A stretch of DNA of 38,507 nucleotides from positions 1-38,507 of the forward strand of contig DATHRO010000102.1 in assembly GCA_035465135.1 (NCBI GenBank). The letters are read 5' to 3'. Below the pieces are notes generated by a model. That model was not told the origin of the DNA. It saw only the letters and a list, made by a program, of their open reading frames with translations, and ran no database searches. The first letter of the stretch is position 1. The number at the start of each line of letters is the position of its first letter. Origin of the DNA: Candidatus Deferrimicrobiaceae bacterium. Lineage in GTDB: Bacteria; Chloroflexota; Limnocylindria; Limnocylindrales; CSP1-4. A program made the translations under genes and the position numbers. Shown one piece after another: positions 32,627 to 38,507 of this stretch.

Positions 32627-33220
32627 TCACGACGTGGGCGACGCCGGAGGCCCAGCGTCCGGGACGACGATCCACAGCGGCCAGGCCGCCCAGTCCGGGA
32701 CCCCGTCCGCGTCAAACAGTTGGTGATCGCCCCAGCCGAGCACCCGGACCGACCGCTCGAGGTCGTCGGCCCGCAGGAAGGCCAGCCGATCAGGCTGGCG
32801 GGCCAGATCGTCGATCAGGCTGGCGGCATCGCGGGCCAGCACCAGCCGGATCCCGGCTCTCGTCTCGGCGACGCCGATCGCCTCGAGGACGGCCGTCGCG
32901 TCGGCCGTGACGACCTCGAGGGCCCGATATCGATCGCTGGTGCCGGAGATCGCCGCCTCGGCCTCTGCCGGCCCGGTCGTCGTCCACGGCCCCCCGAGAC
33001 CGGTGACAGGCACGATTGCCACGAGCACGGTCGGGGTGATCGTGGCGCCGGAGGCCGGAGGCTCCGGGCCGATGGCCGACGCGCGCTCGGTCGGGGACGG
33101 CGCGGCGGTCGGGAGGGGCGCCGGCTCGCGGCCGAGGACGGCCAGAGCGACGACCCCGACGATGAGGGCCACGACGACGTAGGCCGAGCGCGGCGCGCCA
33201 CCGGCGACACGCCTGATCAC
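32627..33220 (-). CDS. Hypothetical membrane-anchored protein (N-terminal TM, Pro-rich linker, globular C-domain)
   Basis: AYVVVALIVGVVALAVL forms a TM helix, followed by a P/A/T-rich linker. I recognise no motif. Confidence 0.5.
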   Translation of the reverse strand: MIRRVAGGAPRSAYVVVALIVGVVALAVLGREPAPLPTAAPSPTERASAIGPEPPASGATITPTVLVAIVPVTGLGGPWTTTGPAEAEAAISGTSDRYRALEVVTADATAVLEAIGVAETRAGIRLVLARDAASLIDDLARQPDRLAFLRADDLERSVRVLGWGDHQLFDADGVPDWAAWPLWIVVPDAGPPASPTS

Positions 33221-33251
33221 GGCTCGACTGTAGTCCGGTCACGGGAAAGGT

Positions 33252-33283
33252 GACGCCCCGTCCGGGCGGGCGAACGGGGCGTC
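33252..33283 (-). terminator. Hairpin 3' of tRNA-Asp (10-bp stem)
   Basis: GACGCCCCGT-(12 nt)-ACGGGGCGTC. On the minus strand it is followed by ACCUUUCCC. Confidence 0.5.
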
Positions 33284-33306
33284 GGTCAATATGCAAATGA
33301 GGTGCG

Positions 33307-33383
33307 TGGCGGACCCGACCGGATTCGAACCGGCGATCTCCAGCGTGACAGGCTGGCATGTTGGGCCGCTACACCACGGGTCC
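33307..33383 (-). tRNA. tRNA-Asp (anticodon GUC), 77 nt with encoded CCA
   Basis: Folded by hand from the reverse complement GGACCCG-TG-GTGT-AGCGGCCCA-ACAT-G-CCAGC-CTGTCAC-GCTGG-AGATC-GCCGG-TTCGAAT-CCGGT-CGGGTCC-G-CCA. All four stems pair, with G-U pairs in the D and T stems. The T-loop is GTTCGAATC. Confidence 0.9.
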
Positions 33384-33461
33384 GTGCGGCGACGGGCAGG
33401 ATATCAGGTCGGGCCCGATTCGCCCCTCCGAGGGCAGGGGGCGGTATCCTCGCGCGGCCCA

Positions 33462-34604
33462 ATGCGAACGATCGACCTGCGCTCCGACACCGTCACGACG
33501 CCAACCCCGGAGATGCGCCGCGCGATGGCCGCGGCCGAGGTCGGCGACGACGTTTTCGGCGACGATCCCACGGTCATCGCCCTCGAGGAGCGCGCCGCCG
33601 AGCTGCTGGGCAAGGAGGCCGGCTTGTTCGTCGCCTCCGGGACGATGGGCAACCTGGTGTCGCTGATGGCCCACCTCGACCGCGGCCAGGAAGTCATCGC
33701 CGGTCGCCAGAGCCACCTCGTGCTCGACGAGGCCGCCGGGCACGCCGTCGTCGTCGGGGCGTCGGTCCGGGCGATCGATGAGCGCCCCGACGGGACACTC
33801 GATCCGGCGGCGGTCCGCGCGGCGTTCCGCGACCCGACCGATGAGCACCACCCGATCACCGGCCTCGTCACCGTTGAGAACGGCCACGCTCACACGATGA
33901 ACCAGCCGCTCACGCCGGCGTACACGGCCGAGATCGCGGCGGTCGCGCGTGCCGGCTTCGGGACCGCCCCCGGCGTGCCGCTGCACGTCGACGGCTCCCG
34001 GTTCTGGAACGCGGTCGTCGCCCTCGGCGTCAGCGCCCGCGAGCTCGCCGCGCCGGCCGACAGCCTGACGTTCTGCCTGTCGAAGGGCCTCGGCTGCCCG
34101 ATCGGCAGCGTCGTCGTCGGGAGCCGCGCGTTCATCTGGCGTACGCGGCGGGCCCGCAAGCTCCTGGGTGGCGGGATGCGCCAGGTCGGGGTCGTCGCCG
34201 CGGCCGGGCTCGTCGCGCTGCGTGACGGGCCGGCGGGCATGATCGAGCGCCTGGCCGACGATCACGCGAACGCCCGCCGCCTGGCGGAGGCCCTGGCCGA
34301 GCTGGACGGCGTGGTCTCGCCGGGGGACATCGCCCAGCCGGACGGCGAGCGCCTCGACCCGGGTCGCGTGCGGACGAACTTCGTCGTGTTCCGGGTCGAA
34401 CGCGACCGCGCGGCCTTCATCAAGGCGTTGGCCGCGCGCGGCGTGCTCCTCGACTGGTACCCGCATGAGCAGGTGCGCGCGGTGACTCACCAGGGCATCG
34501 AGCGCGACGACATCGAAACCGTGATCGTCGCGATCCGCGACGCGCTCGCCGAGACGAGCCCGCCGCCGGGCGGCCGGGCCGTCCACGCCGGGGCCACGGC
34601 CTGA
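33462..34604 (+). CDS. ltaE: Low-specificity L-threonine aldolase (PLP, beta-eliminating lyase family)
   Basis: [19 protein letters not shown]...[14 protein letters not shown]...GKEA.LFV.SGTMGNL...LSKGLG.P.GS. Confidence 0.85.
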   Translation: MRTIDLRSDTVTTPTPEMRRAMAAAEVGDDVFGDDPTVIALEERAAELLGKEAGLFVASGTMGNLVSLMAHLDRGQEVIAGRQSHLVLDEAAGHAVVVGASVRAIDERPDGTLDPAAVRAAFRDPTDEHHPITGLVTVENGHAHTMNQPLTPAYTAEIAAVARAGFGTAPGVPLHVDGSRFWNAVVALGVSARELAAPADSLTFCLSKGLGCPIGSVVVGSRAFIWRTRRARKLLGGGMRQVGVVAAAGLVALRDGPAGMIERLADDHANARRLAEALAELDGVVSPGDIAQPDGERLDPGRVRTNFVVFRVERDRAAFIKALAARGVLLDWYPHEQVRAVTHQGIERDDIETVIVAIRDALAETSPPPGGRAVHAGATA

Positions 34605-34605
34605 G

Positions 34606-36357
34606 GTGAGCGACCGCCAATTCGCCGGCGTCGAGCTCACCCGACCCGGTCCCGCGCCCGACGAGGGCGCGTTCGACGAGGGCTTCTACGACCTCGTCGA
34701 ATCGCGCTTCCGCGCGGTCGTCGAGTCGGATCCGGCGCAGGCGACCTACCTCGGCATCCACGCCTGGGACGACCGCCTCGACGATCCGTCGCGCGAGCGA
34801 ATCCTGGGCGACATCGAGCGCGACCGGCGACACCTCGCCGCCGTCGCGGCGCTCGACCCGACGGGCCTCTCCGCGGAGGCCCGCTTCGAGCGCGAGCTCG
34901 AGCTCCATCATCTCCGGTTGGGCCTCTATCACACCGAGGTGATCCGAACGTGGGAGCGCCGCTCATCTGCCGTGTCCGACCTCGGTGACGCGCTGTTCCC
35001 GCTGTTCACCCGTGACTTCGCACCGCTGTCCGAGAGGCTGGCCTCGATCGCGGCGCGGCTCGAAGGAGCGCCCGAGTACTTCCTGGCCCACCGGACGCGG
35101 GCCGCGCAGCCCGAGGTCCGGCCGTGGCTCCAGGTCGAGATCAGCGCCGCGATGAACCTGCCGCCGTTCCTCGACGAGATCGTGGCCGCGGCGGATTCGC
35201 CTCCGGCCGGCGTGACCGTCGACGACGCCCTGCGGCGTCGACTTCGGCGGGCCGTCGACCAGGCTCGGCCGGCGGTCTTCGACCAGGTCGACTGGATCCA
35301 GACTCGCCTCGACGATGGCACCGACGAGTGGGCCCTCGGCGACGAGCGGTACGGCGAGCTACTGCGGCTCCGGGCGTTCGACGACCTCGACGCCGACGCG
35401 ATCCTCGAGATCGGGTACGAGCAGCTGGCCCGCAACCACGAGGCCCGCGTCGCGGCCGCCCGCGAGCTGGACCCGAGCTCGCCCGTCGAGACGGTCCTCG
35501 AACGCGTCAAGAGCGATCATCCGGCCACGTTCGAGGACGCCCTCGAGGCGTACCGCACGGCGATGCAGCGGGCTCGCGCCCACCTCATCGAGCACGGCCT
35601 CGTCACCGTCCCCGACGACGAGCGCGTCGACGTCGTCGCCACGCCGAGCTACCTCCGCGGCGTGCTGCCCTTCGCGGCCTACTTCCAGCCGGCTCGCTGG
35701 GATCCCAGCCCGGTCGGCGTGTACGTCGTGACCCCGGCAGTCGACGACCACCCCGGCGCGATGCGCGAGCACTACCTCGCCTCGATCAGCAACACCAGCA
35801 TCCACGAGGCGTATCCCGGGCATCACCTGCAGCTCGCCATTGCCGCCCGCCATCCGTCGCTGACCCGGGCCCAGGTCAATGCGCCGGAGTTCGAGGAGGG
35901 CTGGGGCATGTACAGCGAGCAGATGATGCGCGAGGAGGGCTTTGACGACGGGCCGGCGTTCCGGATCGCGCTGGCGACCGACGCGATCTGGCGAGCGGCG
36001 CGGATCATCCTCGACATCCGGATGCATCGGGGCGAGCTGTCGATCGACGAGGCCGCCGCGTTCCTCGTCGAACAGACCGGCTTCGAGGAGCCGAACGCCT
36101 TCGCCGAGGTCCGCCGCTACACCTCGACGCCGAGCTACAACCTGTCGTACCTGCTCGGGAAGGTCCTGATCCTCAGCCTGCGAGACGAGGAGCGGCGGCG
36201 CCTGGGCGAGCGCTTCTCGCTGCGGGCCTTCCACGACGCGCTGCTGTGGAACGGCTCGCTGCCGATCAGCTTCCAGCGCCGGGCGCTGCGGGGCGAGGGC
36301 CGGCCGGCGGACCCTCCCGCACCGAGCACGCCGGCCGGATCGTCCGCGTCCGCCTGA
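34606..36357 (+). CDS. DUF885-family protein (putative metallopeptidase-like)
   Basis: IHEAYPGHHLQ plus GWGMYSEQMM and the overall DUF885 layout. The GTG start lies 1 nt after the ltaE stop. Confidence 0.8.
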   Translation: MSDRQFAGVELTRPGPAPDEGAFDEGFYDLVESRFRAVVESDPAQATYLGIHAWDDRLDDPSRERILGDIERDRRHLAAVAALDPTGLSAEARFERELELHHLRLGLYHTEVIRTWERRSSAVSDLGDALFPLFTRDFAPLSERLASIAARLEGAPEYFLAHRTRAAQPEVRPWLQVEISAAMNLPPFLDEIVAAADSPPAGVTVDDALRRRLRRAVDQARPAVFDQVDWIQTRLDDGTDEWALGDERYGELLRLRAFDDLDADAILEIGYEQLARNHEARVAAARELDPSSPVETVLERVKSDHPATFEDALEAYRTAMQRARAHLIEHGLVTVPDDERVDVVATPSYLRGVLPFAAYFQPARWDPSPVGVYVVTPAVDDHPGAMREHYLASISNTSIHEAYPGHHLQLAIAARHPSLTRAQVNAPEFEEGWGMYSEQMMREEGFDDGPAFRIALATDAIWRAARIILDIRMHRGELSIDEAAAFLVEQTGFEEPNAFAEVRRYTSTPSYNLSYLLGKVLILSLRDEERRRLGERFSLRAFHDALLWNGSLPISFQRRALRGEGRPADPPAPSTPAGSSASA

Positions 36358-36365
36358 GTCGAGCG

Positions 36366-37067
36366 GTGCAGGTCATCCCCGCGATCGACGTCGAGGGCGG
36401 CCGCTCGCGGGTCGTCTTCTGGCCGGGCGTGTCGAGCGGCGTCGGTGCGCCGACCGACCGACCGGAGCAGATCGCCGAGCACTTCGTCGGGCTCGGCGCC
36501 CCGGTCATCCACCTCGTCGACTTCGACGGGGCGCGGCGTGGCTCCCCGGTGAACACGGCGACCCTCGGCGCGATCGCCTCCCTGGTTGCCACGCCGCTCC
36601 AGCTCGCCGGCGGCGTCGACGACCCCGATGCGATCCGGCTCGCGTTCGCGGCCGGCGCGACGCGGGTCGTCTGCAGCCTCGTCGTGGCTGACGATCCGCC
36701 GCGGCTGGACGGCTGCCTCGCGGTGGCCGGGGACTGGCTCGCCGTCGGCCTCGACGCGCGGGCAGACCGGCTGGCGACCTTCCCGTGGCGCCGCGGCACA
36801 GCACCGTCGCTGACCGAGCTGGTGTCCGAGCTCGCCGGTCGTGGCGTCCGGCGGTTCGTCCTCGGGCACGCCACCGGCGACCCCGAGATCGAGACCCTCG
36901 CGACGCTGGCGACGACGGTCGACGCCGACCTGCTCGTCGCGGGCGGCACGTCGGACGCAGCGGGCATCCGGCGCGTGCGCGACGCGGGCGCGGCGGGCAT
37001 CATCCTCGGCGAGGCGCTCCTGTCCGGGGCGATCGACTATCAGACCGCCCGAGAGGCCGCCGCATGA
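36366..37067 (+). CDS. HisA/HisF-family (beta/alpha)8 barrel protein, a solitary HisA-like paralogue
   Basis: VQVIPAIDVEGGRSRV..., LQLAGGV, AVGLDAR and LLVAGGTS resemble the HisA catalytic Asp and phosphate-binding motifs. No other his genes lie nearby. Confidence 0.65.
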   Translation: MQVIPAIDVEGGRSRVVFWPGVSSGVGAPTDRPEQIAEHFVGLGAPVIHLVDFDGARRGSPVNTATLGAIASLVATPLQLAGGVDDPDAIRLAFAAGATRVVCSLVVADDPPRLDGCLAVAGDWLAVGLDARADRLATFPWRRGTAPSLTELVSELAGRGVRRFVLGHATGDPEIETLATLATTVDADLLVAGGTSDAAGIRRVRDAGAAGIILGEALLSGAIDYQTAREAAA

Positions 37068-37867
37068 GCAAACGCCGTCGAGGCTCGTCGCGCTCGCACT
37101 CCGCATCCTCGCCGCCCTCTGCGGGCGCCGACCGTCCCGTGCCGCGCGGCGTGCGGCCCAAGGGCTCCGCGCGTCGCTCGCCCCCGGCGGCGCGGCGGGG
37201 CGGGCTCTCGGGAGGAGCCATCCTCGTGGTCCTGGTCGGCGGCATCGTCCTGGCCGGCCTCGGCTATGTCGCCGCGACGAGCTTCCTCGTCTCGCCGTCC
37301 CCGTCTCCGCTGCCGACCTTCGGCGGTGTCGGCGCCGACGGCTGCCCGACGATCCAGCCGCCGGCCCTGCCCGCCGGCGAGACGCGAACGGTGACGATCG
37401 AGACCGACCTTGGCAACATCGTCATCAAGGTCGACGGCTCGCTCTCGCCGATCGCCGCCGGGAACTTCGTGGCGCTGGCCGAGTGCGGCTACTACGAGGG
37501 GGTGGTGTTCCACCGGACGGCGACGATGCCGGACGGCACGCCGTTCGTCATCCAGGGCGGCGATCCGACCGGCAGCGGCAGCGGCGGGCCCGGCTACACG
37601 ATCCGGGACGAGCCGGTGACCGCCACCTACCAGCGTGGGACCGTCGCGATGGCCCGGTCGAGCCGGCCGGACAGCCAGGGCTCGCAGTTCTTCATCGTGC
37701 TGGACGACCGGGCGGTCGGACCGCTCGCCTCGGCGAACACGTACGCCATCTTCGGCGAGGTCACGTCCGGGATGGACGTTGCCGACGCGATCTATCAGGC
37801 GTCGGACGGCGTCCAGCTACCCAGCGATCCGATCGCCATGACCCGTGTCACCGTCGCCAACCCGTGA
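37064..37867 (+). CDS. Membrane-anchored cyclophilin-type peptidyl-prolyl isomerase
   Basis: Its ATG overlaps the HisA-like stop (ATGA). It has a basic N-terminus, a TM helix (ILVVLVGGIVLAGLGYVAA), then NFVALAECGYYEGVVFHR...IQGGDPTG.G.GGPGY...GTVAMAR...SQFFIV. Confidence 0.85.
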   Translation: MSKRRRGSSRSHSASSPPSAGADRPVPRGVRPKGSARRSPPAARRGGLSGGAILVVLVGGIVLAGLGYVAATSFLVSPSPSPLPTFGGVGADGCPTIQPPALPAGETRTVTIETDLGNIVIKVDGSLSPIAAGNFVALAECGYYEGVVFHRTATMPDGTPFVIQGGDPTGSGSGGPGYTIRDEPVTATYQRGTVAMARSSRPDSQGSQFFIVLDDRAVGPLASANTYAIFGEVTSGMDVADAIYQASDGVQLPSDPIAMTRVTVANP

Positions 37868-37886
37868 CCATCGAGAGGAGTTGCCC

Positions 37887-38378
37887 ATGACGAGCGCCAC
37901 GATCGAGACCGAGCTCGGCACCATCGAGCTCGACCTGTTCACTCGTGAGGCGCCGAAGGCGTCGCAGAACTTCGTCGACCTGGCTCGAAAGGGCTTCTAC
38001 GACGACGTGATCTTCCATCGCGTGATCCCGGGCTTCGTTGCCCAGGGCGGCGACGGCGAGTTCGGCAAGAAGTCGAGCCTCGATGCCGGCCGGGTCGGCA
38101 CGGGCGGCCCGGGCTACAAGTTCGAGGACGAGCCGGTCCGCGCCGATTACGTGCGGGGTGCCGTGGCGATGGCCAACGCCGGCCCGAACACCAACGGCAG
38201 CCAGTTCTTCATCTGCCACGCCGACCTGTCGGGCCGCTTGCCGAAGAACTACACGATCTTCGGCCAGGTGACCAAGGGCATGGACGTCGTCGACCAGATC
38301 GTCAACGCACCCCGCAACTCGCGTGACCTGCCAGACCAACCGGTCGCGATGACCAAGGTCACGATCCAGGACGACTGA
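37887..38378 (+). CDS. ppiA: Cytoplasmic cyclophilin-type peptidyl-prolyl isomerase
   Basis: GAGAGGAG lies 6 nt upstream of the ATG. NFVDLARKGFYDDVIFHRVIPGFVAQGGD...GGPGY.F.DE...RGAVAMANAGPNTNGSQFFI. Confidence 0.9.
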   Translation: MTSATIETELGTIELDLFTREAPKASQNFVDLARKGFYDDVIFHRVIPGFVAQGGDGEFGKKSSLDAGRVGTGGPGYKFEDEPVRADYVRGAVAMANAGPNTNGSQFFICHADLSGRLPKNYTIFGQVTKGMDVVDQIVNAPRNSRDLPDQPVAMTKVTIQDD

Positions 38379-38422
38379 AACGAACCGTTAAGGGATATTT
38401 ACGAAGTTCGTGTCGAAAACCC

Positions 38423-38451
38423 TTGGATTCGGCCCCAAGGTCGCCTAGACT
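38423..38451 (+). promoter_or_regulatory. Candidate sigma-70-type promoter (TTGGAT, 17 nt spacer, TAGACT)
   Basis: Read directly from a relatively AT-rich stretch after ppiA. It is followed by two short hairpins at the window edge. No downstream gene is visible. Confidence 0.3.
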
Positions 38452-38507
38452 TTGGGGTGCACTGCGGCGACGCAGCGTCCGCTGCCCCAGCGGCAAGGTC
38501 ATGGGTA

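Noticed and set aside
33221-33461. tRNA-Asp as an integration site for a genomic island covering the unknown genes at 31952-33220
   Set aside because: The window has no integrase or recombinase, and I could find no direct repeat of the tRNA 3' end. The neighbouring genes show no compositional break. The AT-rich bases 3' of the tRNA are better explained as terminator or promoter context.

Overview
This is a very GC-rich, gene-dense bacterial chromosomal window. Its gene content looks Actinomycetota-like: CysO/MoeZ sulfur-carrier genes, an F420-type DDN-like protein, MMPL, VKOR-DsbA and a septum-formation lipoprotein. I support about 42 protein genes, one tRNA-Asp(GUC), and a few regulatory or structural DNA elements. 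I found no rRNA, CRISPR array, transposase or integrase. Most very long ORFs in the six-frame track (600-870 aa, rich in Arg/Pro/Gly/Ala) are antisense shadows of real genes.

Main content:
- **1-5340, sulfur-trafficking operon (minus strand):** an Rrf2 regulator, sufC, sufS, sufU, a moeZ-like E1, and a CysO-like ubiquitin-fold sulfur carrier fused in frame to CysM. No sufB or sufD is present.
- **5.3-10.8 kb, redox and one-carbon genes plus lipoproteins.**
- **10.9-13.5 kb:** BI-1, a PduO-type adenosyltransferase, SufT, DUF433 and an unknown protein.
- **15.0-19.8 kb:** kamA, an unknown, pabB, pabC and another unknown.
- **21-24.6 kb:** an MMPL transporter and an AttH/CrtC-like lipoprotein.
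- **24.6-28.2 kb, nitrite/NO module:** a second Rrf2 regulator, a NirK carrying a C-terminal cupredoxin domain, and a 12-TM His-bearing membrane protein.
- **VKOR-DsbA pair, followed by a 408-bp structured non-coding gap.**
- **Housekeeping genes to the end,** including a solitary HisA paralogue coupled to two tandem cyclophilins.

The best candidates for something not well described are the CysO~CysM fusion and its composite suf/moeZ operon, the NirK-cupredoxin module, and the unexplained 29.4-29.8 kb gap. All functional calls come from reading motifs by eye. No database search was possible.
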